Assembly (NCBI RefSeq): GCF_006345805.1
Contig: NC_043002.1
Span: forward strand, 16,120,001-16,184,000
Direction: 5' to 3'
Length of the DNA: 64,000 nucleotides
Origin: Octopus sinensis
Lineage: Eukaryota
Each line of letters begins with the position of its first letter. Position 1 is the stretch's first letter. Of the stretch, positions 1 through 11,762 are shown one piece after another. The position numbers were made by a program, and so were the translations under genes. The notes below the pieces were generated by a model. That model worked only from the letters and a program-made list of their open reading frames with translations, did no database searches and was not told the origin of the DNA.

Positions 1-46
1 AATTTATGCAACCACAGCACCCCTAACATTTGGTCACCTTACTCCC

Positions 47-83
47 CAAGTGTACGCCATAATAATAATATGGCGTACACTTG
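47..83. repeat. Perfect 15-bp hairpin / inverted repeat
   Basis: caagtgtacgccata (47-61) is the exact reverse complement of tatggcgtacacttg (69-83), with a 7-nt loop. Confidence 0.9.
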
Positions 84-632
84 AGCGATAGACCAAGAAA
101 ACCTCCTGTAAAACCCAAGATAATCTGAAGGTAAGGATTATGGCAGCTTTCACCACATTAAAAATGAAGACCGTCCAGAACAGTTGCAGGAGATTTTATT
201 CAATAAATTTACTCTTTAATATTTCAAGATATTTTTATATAATTTTGGTAAATATATCTGTTAAAACGAGATATCGGTACTATTTTAATTTTTGCGTTAT
301 GTACATGACAGATTACGTATGCTAGACCATCTGCAAATGTAATGGATGTCACAAAATACATTTTAAGTTCCACAAAAAAAAAAAGAATTTAACTGCAGCA
401 CTTGGCGGTCGAAATCGGGTATGCAGTCTATGTAGGTGTCTTTTCGAAACATTGCCCGGTTTAAAAAGCCACGTCAAATGTTATCATGGTTCTAAGGTTT
501 AGGTAGTATAGTAATTTTTAGTACAATATTAATAATATATTGAAATTTATATTTTATTATAGATGATATCTTTCATTATTCATTGAATTACCTTGATGGA
601 GGTTCTGTCTCTTAATTCTCTCTCTCTTTCTA

Positions 633-678
<46 letters not shown>

Positions 679-755
679 CTTATTTAAAGCAGTGGAGAAT
701 TCAACAAAACCTGTTACTCTGAGTTCCACGTCCCCGTTCGTCGGACAGTTTTTGT

Positions 756-813
<58 letters not shown>

Positions 814-1303
814 TGCACAAACATATATTTACATGCATATATGTGTTTTTGGTGCGTGTGTATGTTTGTGTATATGCATTTATGTGTATATATGTGTGTG
901 CGTGTGTATGTCTGTGTGTGTGTGTGCGTGTTTGTGTGTATTATGAAACATTCGACATTATTCTCTCTCCCAATTACGTAGTACGTGATTCGTAACGCTA
1001 AATTGATTTTCCAGGGGAAAACATGTGAATGTTATCGTAGCTATGTGTCCCTATCGATGAAAAATATTTCAAGTATATTGCTACTGAAATGTTAAGCTAC
1101 TTCAAACGCATTATTTCCACACCAAACATAATTTCAGGAATGCAGGCAAAAATATACATGGACTACCGTTTCCAAAGTTTACAGAATGAGTACGTAAAAA
1201 CATTTTTCCGTAATGCAGTTCTATATTTAAGAGATGAGGAATTATGTACATTATTTATATTATCTACAATTGTCGGATATTTGTCCTCATCTTGTTTGTT
1301 TTT

Positions 1304-1349
1304 AACACAACGTTTCAGCTGATATACCCTCAAGCCTCCATCAGGTCTT
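1304..1349 (-). ncRNA. Degenerate type I hammerhead ribozyme motif
   Basis: The minus strand reads aagac-CTGATGG-a-ggct..agct-GAAAC-GTT-gtgtt. The core A9 is changed to G. It is homologous to the 2416-2461 motif. Confidence 0.6.
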
Positions 1350-1394
1350 AAGGAATTATCGAAACTGGGTTCTCATTCCTAAGGTACGTTTCGA

Positions 1395-1425
<31 letters not shown>

Positions 1426-1456
1426 ATTATTATTATTAGTAGTAGTAGTAGTATTA

Positions 1457-2017
1457 TCATTGAGTGAGAGAGCAGTTCATGCCATCAAAGTAACACTGGG
1501 GTAAAATATACGAAGCCCAATATACCCATCATGACTACCCGTCTGATAAAGGTACACCAGGCACATGCATCACAACCATATGTGCGCGACATGGTGATCT
1601 CATATCAAGATAAACAGCACATGTCCTTGCAGGTGGGGCCCAGTTAGAATTTTCTTCAGGTTGAGTAGCCCATCCTGCTCAAACGGTCCCTGAATAAGGG
1701 TTGTTTAAGGATGTTGAAAGAACCACCCATGTTTCCAGAGGTGAACTATTCAAACCCCAAAGAATCCCTCTCAACACATGGCTATGATGCTCCCCCACTA
1801 CTTCTGCTCGTGATCAGAGATGCACATATCGTCAGCCACTAAGGGACATGCTCAACTGGTTAAGGTCAAACAACTGACAAGCAAATCTGTGGTATTGAGC
1901 AGAATATTTGCTGTAGCCCATCTTTATACCAAGAGAAAACAATGTACATGATAACACTTCCAATCACTTAAGATCAGAAGCCATGAGAGCCACTGCCTGG
2001 TACTGCATCAGGGCATT
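1457..2017 (-). mobile_element. Family-A non-coding ~560-bp interspersed repeat embedded in (AAT)n
   Basis: Near-identical partial copies occur at 54780-55063 and 55264-55547, and a diverged opposite-strand copy at 36200-36553. It has no credible ORF and is flanked by trinucleotide tracts. The strand is inferred from (AAT)n polarity. Confidence 0.75.
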
Positions 2018-2028
2018 TATTATTATTA

Positions 2029-2095
<67 letters not shown>

Positions 2096-2210
2096 TATCA
2101 CTGCCTGGAATCGAACTCGGAATCTTGGGGTTAGTAACCCGCACTCTTAACCACTACGCCAAAAGTCATTTCAAGATGCACAAAGATAAGAACATACCTG
2201 CATTACGCCA

Positions 2211-2510
2211 TTGCGTAATGGTTAAGAGCGCGGGCTACTAACCCCAAGATTCCGAGTTCGATTCTAGTCAGTGACTATAATAATAATAATTATAATATTA
2301 ATAATAATACCAATAATAATAATAATAATAATAATAACAACAACAACATCATCATCAACAACAACAACATCAAAGATACCTGAGGAGTGAGAACACAGGT
2401 TCGAAATTTCCACAAGGCACCTGATGAAGGCTGGAAGATATATCAGCCGAAACGTTCTGTTAACAACAAACAAACAAACAAAATCTGTCAAATGTAAATT
2501 ATGTAAATAG
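2211..2510 (+). mobile_element. tRNA-headed SINE-like element with hammerhead motif (copy 2)
   Basis: Head ttgcgtaatggttaagagcgcgggctactaaccccaagattccgagttcgattc (A/B boxes), then (AAT)/(AAC)n, a spacer, the hammerhead at 2416-2461 and a tail homologous to copy 1. Confidence 0.8.
2416..2461 (+). ncRNA. Type I hammerhead ribozyme motif with palindromic helix III
   Basis: GGCAC-CTGATGA-A-GGCTG(loop)CAGCC-GAAAC-GTT-CTGTT. The core CUGAUGA/GAAA is intact and stem II is GGCUG/CAGCC. Helix III is the ACGU palindrome, the cleavage triplet is GUU, and helix I has one mismatch. Confidence 0.75.
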
Positions 2511-3602
2511 TGTATCTGTTTCCGTGTCAATTGTAGAATTTCGAAAGCTGGTAAGGATTTAAACCAATATTCCAGCTTTTGCATTTGAAGAATTGCTGAA
2601 GAACGTGTAAATCTGACAATAACATTTTGAATAATATTTCCTGTATTTTTCATTTCGCTGACGCCAGGAGTCAGTTTCACACACACACACACGCACGCAC
2701 ACACACACACACACATAATTTTTGGGAAATGTATTACTGAAATCTACCATTCGATTTTAAGTCAAAAACATCTGCAACATCAACAGACCTACAACATATT
2801 CTACGTCTTTTTTATATTGTTACAGTTAATTTTGACTGTTCTCTCTACATCTCCTCCTTAAATTCTTAGACATATTCTCTCAGTATTCATAGCTATTTCA
2901 TTATTAAAAGAAATAATAAATCACACCTCTTTAAACTATTCTATTTTCACAACTGTACTTCCTCCGTTTTTCAATCAATTTATGTATATTTCTTCAGAGA
3001 ATGTTCAACGTTTATTCTTGTTACAATATGCATTCTTCTCCTCTCAAGTAGCTAATCGATTCATACAATCCCTTAGTTGTTATTAATTTTCCTTCTCGTC
3101 TCTTTAAATTCTCTTCTATCCTACATTCCCTTATATGTTAGTATTAGATATCCCTGTACAAAACCGTTTATGCAAACGGTAAGTTTATCGATTTCCAGCA
3201 ACCAATCAAATAACGTATTTACTTTCAAATATTATTTAACATCCTAAAGGGACTAAGTTTATATGTATATAAATGCATGTTATATGTTAAATCATTTTAA
3301 CTTGACACTCGAAGTCCCATTAGTGATGTCACAGAATCTATTAAATATTATATTATACAACACGTGCTGTTCGGTTGTATAGTCTCGAGTGGGCAAACAT
3401 TAAGTTCCTTTCACTTACATATGTATGCTTGGATAAAGCCACACACAGGAACACACATATATACACATATATATTCAGAAATTGATTGGTATATGTACGT
3501 TCGTATGTGGATGTATTTAAGTATGTGTGCATAGATCTACGTATATGTTTAATATATAAATATATATATATATGTCTGTGGGGGGGGTTGTGTGTGTCTG
3601 TA

Positions 3603-3649
<47 letters not shown>

Positions 3650-3652
<3 letters not shown>

Positions 3653-4077
3653 AATGGCTGCGTGATAAGTAGCTTGCTTACAAACCACATGGTTCCAGGT
3701 TCAGTCCCACTGCTTGGCAATTTGGGAAAGTGGCTTCTGCTATAGCCTCGGGCCGACCAAAGCCTTGTGGGTGGATTTGGTAGATGGAAACTGAAAGAAG
3801 CCCGTCGTATATATATATATATATATATATGAAAGTGTATATATATATATACGTATATATCTATGTATGTGTATACGTTTGTGTGTCTGTGTTTGTTCCG
3901 CCAACATCGCTTGACAACCGATGCTGGTCTGTTTACGTTCCCGTAACTTAGCGGTTCGGCAAAAGAGAACGATAGAATAAGTACTAGGCTTACAAAGAAT
4001 AAGTCCTGGGGGCGATTTACTAGACTGAATGTGGTACTCCAGCATGGCCACAGTAAAATGATTGAAACAAGCAAAAG
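3650..4077 (+). mobile_element. tRNA-derived SINE family 1 (octopus-type, CORE-like centre), full length
   Basis: tRNA-like head tggctgcgtgataag...ggttcagtccca, CORE-like ttgggaaagtggcttct, internal (TA)n/(TG)n, tail ...aaatgattgaaacaag. Several homologous copies occur in the window. Confidence 0.85.
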
Positions 4078-4763
4078 TGTAAATGAGTAAATACATATAG
4101 CATATATTCTATTGCGTATATCTCTGTACAGTTGTAAAATTATATGAGGAATTCACTGCCGAGCTGTAACTACTAGTGTCACTGCAACTGGTTCCATATT
4201 TACAGGTATTTCTATGTATGTATAACCATTTGTGAGGATTAACTTGAAAGACACAAAACAATCCGGAAAATGTGATTCATATAATTCAACGGCAAATAAA
4301 CGTGTTACGGAATCTTAATTTAAATGCATGAATATTTTATCGCCAACTTGGTAATACAGGATCAGTTACTTTGACAAAACAATACTTAAACGGAAGGCTG
4401 TGTTGGCGCGCGAGCGTGCACTTGTGCGTGAATTTACATGTGTTTGAACGTTTATGTCTGACTACGAGCAAAGAGTAAGAGACAGAAAAAGAGAAAATGA
4501 GAGAGAGAGAGTGGGGAAGGCAATGTAAGACATATATACTCCAGAATTAATTTGTATTTCTGATGAAAAATAAGTATTAATATCTCTGTACATAATTGTA
4601 AAATGTTTTAGAAATTCTCGATATCTTTTAATGTGTTTGATTGATGACTAGAATTATCACCATTGACATCGCAGGCAGTTCTACACATTCATTCGCTTAT
4701 ACAAAAATAAATATGCGATTTGAAATATATAAAATATATATAAAAGCATAACTGTGTGTCAGT

Positions 4764-4835
4764 TTATATATATATATATATATATGATAAACTATGTATA
4801 TATAATATACATATACAAATACATACGTAAATACG

Positions 4836-4879
<44 letters not shown>

Positions 4880-5000
4880 GATAGATACATATATAATTAA
4901 ATATATATATATTATACATACTCGAATATATACATAAGTACATGCATGTATATATATATATGTGTGCGTATATATATATATATATACATATATATGTGCG

Positions 5001-5032
<32 letters not shown>

Positions 5033-5075
5033 ATATATATACATATATATGTGCGTATATATATATATATGTGCG

Positions 5076-5109
<34 letters not shown>

Positions 5110-5112
5110 ATA
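4764..5112. repeat. Compound (TA)n microsatellite
   Basis: Read directly; it explains the overlapping YI-rich ORFs. Confidence 0.95.
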
Positions 5113-5549
5113 TCAGAGAGAGAGACAGAGACCAATAAAACTGTATTTCAATATATATCACTGCAGGGGTGGATTATGCATATATTCGTGCTTATATGAA
5201 CCGATGTGTATAATATGTGTGTAATCTATACAAGGTAATGTATATTCGTTACGAGTAGTCGCACTCATTAAATAATCTTAATCATCATATAGCAAGAAAA
5301 ATAAAATGCCAATATGTATCCATTAAGCAATCTAATTCTCTTATAAATATATACGTTATACTAATTTTTATACTCTTCTCATTCCTGAAGACATATATAT
5401 CATAAATCGTGTTTAATATTTATGCCTTGTACTCTTTTGAAATCGTTTGAATATCTGCTTATATATTCGGCTTCTTGATTCTGTTGGATCTCCTTGACAG
5501 AATTTGTAAAACAATATTAGATACAATTACCAATTGACTAAATAGCTCC

Positions 5550-5820
5550 CTTACTGTTCTACTGGGAAAAGTAAGGATTGTAACAAAAGTCCTCGATATG
5601 GAAGGAAAGAGCTTGTGTTCATGTATGAAGGACGTTCACTGCTCGGGAAAGCTGCTATAGAACATCTGTCTCTTAGAGAGAGCAAGGATTATCAGGAGGG
5701 TGCTAAACACTTGAAAGATATCTGAACACTTGTGGATACTTGAGGTTACATGAAGCAAACCGTTACCCACATAAATCCTGCCAGGAATAAGACTGAATCA
5801 GATCCTGACGAAAATCATGA
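5550..5820 (+). mobile_element. R4/Dong-type LINE 3' end relic(s) with (AAT)n tail
   Basis: It encodes TVLLGKVRIVTKVLD and LLERARIIRRVLNT*, resembling the LLGTAHILRRTL terminus of the other copies here, and is followed by (AAT)n. Confidence 0.55.
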
Positions 5821-5932
5821 TAATAATAATAGTAATAATAACAACAACAACAACAACATTTGTTTCACTGGAATTATTATATGTTTACAAGGTCTAGACA
5901 AGCATCTGCAGCCAGCTTGAAGCCATGCTTCT

Positions 5933-5972
5933 CCAGTCTGATGACGAGCAAGACTCAGAAACTAGTCTCTGG
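5933..5972 (+). ncRNA. Hammerhead-like motif (type I, palindromic helix III) at the tip of a long stem
   Basis: CCAGT-CTGATGA-CGAG(caaga)CTCA-GAAAC-TA-GTC-TCTGG. Core motifs are intact, helix III is the palindrome ACUAGU and the triplet is GUC. The stem II closing pair (C.A) and the first helix I pair (U.U) are mismatched. Confidence 0.55.
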
Positions 5973-6274
5973 CTGCAGGCTTAGCTGGATGGGGGTGTTT
6001 GTCTCCCCATTGTAAACATAAGGACACAGGAAATGTGTCAAGGCCGACAGGAAGCGTCGATGCTTACTAGGGCTAAATAGCCGTGAGGTGATTCCTTTTC
6101 TGGGACTGTCATGTTAAGTTGACAGTATACAACTGCTCAATAATAATGATGGTAATAATGATAATAACAGCAGTTTAGCCAAAACTCATATCAGGTAATA
6201 TTAACAATGGCAAATACTAGTAAAAAAAATGACAATAATAAGATCAGTAATGATGATGCTGAGGATGATGAGGA

Positions 6275-6276
6275 TG

Positions 6277-6328
<52 letters not shown>

Positions 6329-6371
6329 CAACAACAACAACAATAATAATAACAACAACAACAACAACAAC

Positions 6372-6403
<32 letters not shown>

Positions 6404-6410
6404 CAACAGC

Positions 6411-6442
<32 letters not shown>

Positions 6443-6539
6443 CAACAATAATAATAATAAGAAGAAGAAGAACAACAACAACAACAACAACAATGATAAT
6501 AATAATAATAATAATTATAACAATAACAACAACAACAAC

Positions 6540-6568
<29 letters not shown>
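6275..6568. repeat. (AAT)n/(AAC)n microsatellite
   Basis: Read directly; it is the source of the poly-N/I/L/Y ORFs. Confidence 0.95.
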
Positions 6569-6569
<1 letters not shown>

Positions 6570-6572
<3 letters not shown>

Positions 6573-7795
6573 AGGAAGCCGTTGGGACATCCCTATGCTC
6601 TGACTGATGATACATCTAGTGATGGTGACACAATAAAAACAGCTACATCATACGAGTGACAATGAAAAAAACAAATGATTGTGAATAGCGGTGGTACTGA
6701 AACTGAAGCCGTTGATGGTGATAGTGTCACACCCGGCAGGCTCAGAGATACTGGTCCGACTCCAGCCTGTCGTTATCCAGCAAGGTACCAGCATGCACAG
6801 CGCAGATGGAACAAACAAATATATGCTGTGGTCATGGAATGTTAGTACATCAGAAACCCCGTAGAGGAAAATGGTGGGCATCTTAGCGTTTACCGACAAC
6901 GTATGTATGACCAATGGAGAAAAAAGAGGATTGATTAAACTCACGGAATAGAGATTATTTGATAAAGCTAGAGCAACATGAAAAAAAAAATCGTCGGTTC
7001 ACTGACGTAAAGCTCGAAACTATCAGATGATGGTTATTGGAAAACAGCAGCAGGGGAAACGATGAAAAAAGAATTTCTACTAATAAAATTAATTTCATAG
7101 CAGAAAACAGAGGGGAAATCTCTAATAAAACAAAAGGAAAGGACTGGTGATATCTTGTTCGATGAGAGACATCAAGATGGTTTGGAAGAAGAAAATAAAA
7201 CTAATGGTGACAGAATATCGACAAGGCTACAGAAGAACGATACAGACATTATTTACAACCTTAAAAGTTGAAATTGGACCAAGAAACGAAAGATGCAAAT
7301 AACATTCTGAAATACCTCAGCAGCAAAATCCATCGCAAAACAATTTGATCAAGGCAGCAAGTATGGTTGTAGCAGAAAATATAGGTTTTGATATCAAGGA
7401 AAAGAAATAAAATGGGAGTGACAATAGAAAAGATACATGGTGGAAAAGAACATTACAGGCGCGGTTAGATATGCTCTCGAAGGACACTTCTATGTTAGGC
7501 CGAAAAGAAAATGAGGGGCTTAAAAGTGAACAAAAATTCAGTGCATTAAACAGGAAAAGAAAGGGCCCGATAGTGGTAAAGGAGCAACTGAAACAGGGGC
7601 CCGTTGCAAAGAAAGCTAAGATGGAAAGATTCGACCAAACAATGAAGGGTTACCAGCAGAATATGTTATTCTGGGTAGATCAGAGGAGATTATACAAAGA
7701 AATAAGTGGACAGTGTACGGGTGAAACGTTGATACCAGATAACATTGAACTTCAATTGATTTGGAGTGACATCTGTAGCAGGTGTGGTCACCACA
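6570..7795 (+). mobile_element. R4/Dong-type LINE, degenerate 5' (N-terminal) portion
   Basis: Broken frames give RRWNKQIYAVVMEC..YRQRMYDQWRK..RLFDKARA, then TWWKRTLQARL and YQQNMLFWVDQRRLYKEI..IWSDI. These are typical of the pre-RT region of R4-clade ORFs. It starts directly after (AAT)n. Confidence 0.7.
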
Positions 7796-7799
7796 CGTA

Positions 7800-8780
7800 A
7801 AGTTCTTCCTGCAATCATATTTTCTGAGGGTTTTGGGCCCATGGATTAGGTGAAATCCTAGATTTGGTGATTAGCATTTGGATTGTCGACAGGCATTCAC
7901 ACTGCTCTCTCGGGCGGGTAACATCGACAGCCAGGGTTTCACCACGGACTCCTATAGCGGGCTAGTAGAGTTCATGTCAGACGATGCCCTGGGGGAAAGC
8001 CTGGGCTTCGATAGAAATCAGTTCAGGCTGAGGTACCTGGATAATTACCAGAAAGCCCTGGCTTGGTTCTGTTACCGATCTGCCTTACCTGTTCGAGAGA
8101 AGCCGTCAAGGAACGGTTGTGCTATCTCACCGACATGCCCGAGTTTCGGGCGGGGCAGGAAAACTGTCCTGCAAGTCTTCGTGCAGTGTGCGGAAATAAG
8201 GGATCTAATAGCCTATGTAAAGCTGCTGATATCAATCAGAGAAAGAGTACAGCTATCGGCTGAATCTATCATCAAGATTGTACCTCCTCCTTCCTTTAAC
8301 AAGGAGAGGAAGGCGTTTTTCTTCTACGTAGCAGCCATGCTGAAAGAGGCAGTGTTGAAGACGCGTAGGAGAGGAAATGCGACGGGTATCTTCCTCTGCG
8401 GACTAGTGCTGGTAAGTTATTTTAACTACCACTTTAACAGCAAAATCCGTCTGGAGAAGAGATACTTGCCACAAAGCGTGTTTGCAAAAAGATGGACACA
8501 TGTAGTGAGGATGCTAAAAACAAATGAGGCCAGGCTGATATAGCCATCTAGAAAAACGGGTTAGAATGTCGAATAAAGCCGGTACGTCAATTCGACAGCT
8601 ACAGAAACCCATATATGTTTAACTTGTTATTCATTTGATTTCATTTTGTCATACGATTTTTCAATTTATTTCGATTTTTAATCTTGTATTATCCACCCCC
8701 TGTTAAAGCAAACACGCTACACAACCTTGTTTTTACGTCCTTTATTGTTCCCTCTGTGTTGGCCTGTGGTGGGCGAGTAT
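7800..8780 (+). mobile_element. L1/Tx1-clade LINE 3' fragment (zinc-finger region plus 3' UTR)
   Basis: ORF 7878-8543 (YQKALAWFCYRSALPVREK..CPSFG..KTVLQVFVQC..AESIIKIVPPPSF) aligns by eye with ORF 40128-41243. Confidence 0.75.
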
Positions 8781-9898
8781 AGACAGTGTCGTGAGCTGTG
8801 TAAAGCCGAGAGTTGCGTATTGTCGAGTGTAATTACAAGTATTGCGTATCTTGAGTAGAACGTATGTGAGAACGTTCTTGATTATCCCGTTATAGCGTAC
8901 TTCAAACGTGAGATAGGAACAGAGATAGGAAGTGCAAGAAAGAGTGAGAGCGGGAAAATAATCATATGCAAGAACCATCGAGAAAATCTGTTTCTGCTAT
9001 GAATTTGAACCCTGTGTCTTCACTACTAGTAAATATAATCTTCAAAAAGAAGTGATTGCATTCGAAAATTTAGCCCCAGATATACGAAAGACTGAATTTT
9101 CATGCTGAAACGCATTTGATCGACCATTGTTCACTTGATCAGCATGATTTTTAGTTAGTTGACAGGAAAAAAAAAAGCAGTTTAAATATACAATATAACA
9201 TGGCTATTTCTTCATCTCTAATCTATCAAGAGATTTTTTTTATATAGCAGTAAAGGTTTATACCGAAGAAGACTGACGGCATGAGTTCTTTGTTAGTGAT
9301 ACTGTAGATCTTTTGTTATATACTCATAAATAATCCTTCAGAACAGTGATCGATGATAGGAAGCGTTTGAGCAAATAATGGAAAATGTCGAATGCCCAGG
9401 GACCAAACCTGCCTTCATTTTTATGCAATATTTGGTAAAACGCCCAACTACGTAAGTTTCTTAACTTTGACTCCATGGTCTGTACCTTTCCTTTTTAAAA
9501 CCCAGTTACAAACATAATCAACTTCAGTTTTCATTTCAATCGCAGTCGCTCTTTGACCTCAATACCTAATGCCTCTTATATATGTATATATCACGGCACA
9601 CTGTGATTAATGAATAATTTAGCTGTTATATCCAGGTGCTTGATATTCTCATTCGTTTTTCTGTGTTAATTCTATAGATGCCATTTGTATATGTTTTTCG
9701 CATTTTGTTTGCAATAATATATATTTCTGATCGTATTTTTATATTCTTTTTGTTTTCATTTTAACATTAACATGATATATTTCAGATGTTGTTATTGTAA
9801 ATCTTTTTATTGCTGTAATGAAATATTATTGGCTGATTCTGTTTTTCTATAATACATTATGATGTTTTTTTTCCTTTTGTTATCATAATAATCAATGC

Positions 9899-9995
9899 TG
9901 ATTTAGTTTTGCTTTTTTTATATTCTCTTATTTATTTTCTGTTTACAAAGTTGTTTTGTTTGTTAGTGTTCTTAGTGTTGTCGTTATAATTATTG
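9899..9995. repeat. Degenerate interspersed repeat fragment shared with 21831-21925
   Basis: tgatttag..tttctgttta.aaagtt.ttttg..ttagtgttctta.tgttgtcgttat is present at both positions; family unknown. Confidence 0.55.
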
Positions 9996-10439
9996 CAACT
10001 CCTTTTGTTTATGTTGTTCTTAGTAATAAGGTACGGGTGGATGAGGGGGTGTTTGTGTTATTTCTGTTGTTCTCGCTACAGCAGTTGTCTGCTGTGTCCT
10101 TTTTTCCAATTACTGATATGTTTTTATAACACAGCGATTAGACATAAATCTGTAATCCACAACGGACTGACGTCGGTGAAATTAATTACTTCGGACCAAC
10201 CATCACAAAATATAAGATAATGTATCTTCTTTCTATCTTACCAAACACACACATGCACACACATGAACGCACGCACAAACGAAGACCACCACACACACAC
10301 GCACGCACAAACATATAAAATCACTTATGTATATTATTTTTCTATGGTATGTCCATGCCAGAATATTGTTTGTGTACACATGTATGCCCGTTCCCAGAAG
10401 ATCACTGCGCAAAAATACATACATATAAGTACACACATA

Positions 10440-10622
10440 CAGACACACACACATACACACACACATATCCACACACACACACACACACACACACGCATAT
10501 ATATATATATATACATGCATGTATGTATTTATGTATACATTACAGTGAGTGTTTGCATGCACGAACATATATATCTGCGTGTGTGCGTATACGTGCTTGT
10601 GAAGATAGATCTACATATACAC

Positions 10623-10683
<61 letters not shown>

Positions 10684-10762
10684 ATATCTATATATATATA
10701 TATGTATATATATATATACATATATATATATATACATATATATACATACATACATACATACA

Positions 10763-10802
<40 letters not shown>

Positions 10803-10868
10803 CATACATATACATACATATACATACATATACATACATACATACATGCATATATATATATATACACA
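10440..10868. repeat. Compound (CA)n/(TA)n/(TACA)n microsatellite
   Basis: Read directly. Confidence 0.95.
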
Positions 10869-11429
10869 TAGTCTGTTTATGCTTCTCAGGTTTCGTTCAG
10901 TGTTTTCTATGTTGGAAATGGGTCAGCCAAGAAAAGACAAGCAAAAAGTAAAGAAATAAAATTACATTAAAAATATCATAATTGGAAAAAAAAATGATAG
11001 ACAATAAATATAAAGACTGAAGGAATATGAGGAATAGAGGAACAAAAAAGAAATGAAAGGGAAAAGAAATGAAAGAAAGAGAGAAAGAACTCGGAGAAGA
11101 AAGAAAACATCTCACGGTTTCAGAGCAACAATTGCTTTTTTATGTTGCAATGAATGGGATGTCTGCAACTTGCTTTCAGAGAAATACTTGATACAATTAT
11201 TTAATGATCGTGCTCTATTCTCCTCAATGTCAGAAGTATTCACTTTCACACGCTCTATGTATATGCATATGTTTGGGAATATGGAAATATATGATTAACT
11301 TATATTTTATATGATCTTTGTTTTGCTTGAGTCAAATGTATTTATAAATGAAACAAGATATGCGCACGCATAGATATATAATATATTCTTTTAACAGATA
11401 TGTATATGCATGTGTAAAAAATATACGTG

Positions 11430-11557
11430 TGCGAATGTGTGTTTGTATGTATATATGTATATATATATATATATATATATGTACGTATGTATGTATATAT
11501 ATATGTGTATATACGTGTGTGTGGATGTATGTATGTATATATATATATATATATATA

Positions 11558-11622
<65 letters not shown>

Positions 11623-11701
11623 AGTATATATACATACATATACTTCTGCATACGTAGTTATGCTTATATTTACAAAACCGAAAATATATCGGATTCCACT
11701 G

Positions 11702-11760
<59 letters not shown>
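11430..11760. repeat. Compound (TA)n/(TG)n microsatellites
   Basis: Read directly. Confidence 0.9.

Positions 11761-11762
<2 letters not shown>

Larger units (their letters stand above)
1212..2161 (-). mobile_element. tRNA-headed SINE-like element with hammerhead motif (copy 1), interrupted by family-A repeat
   Basis: The minus strand reads: A-box TGGCGTAGTGG and B-box GAGTTCGATTCC head (2161-2094), (AAT)n, family-A insert (2017-1457), (ACT/AAT/AAC)n, a spacer, the hammerhead-like motif (1349-1304), then the tail acaaacaagatgaggacaaatatccg...tatagaactg. Module order matches copy 2. Confidence 0.75.

Noticed and set aside
2094-2278. Possible tRNA-Ser(ACT) genes
   Set aside because: A/B boxes and an anticodon-like loop are present, but the T-stem and acceptor stem do not pair and an AAT tail follows. 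These are SINE heads, not tRNAs.
6995-7025. ctgacgtaaagctcgaaac as a hammerhead
   Set aside because: The core is wrong (CUGACGU), there is no stem II, and the sequence lies within R4/Dong coding sequence.
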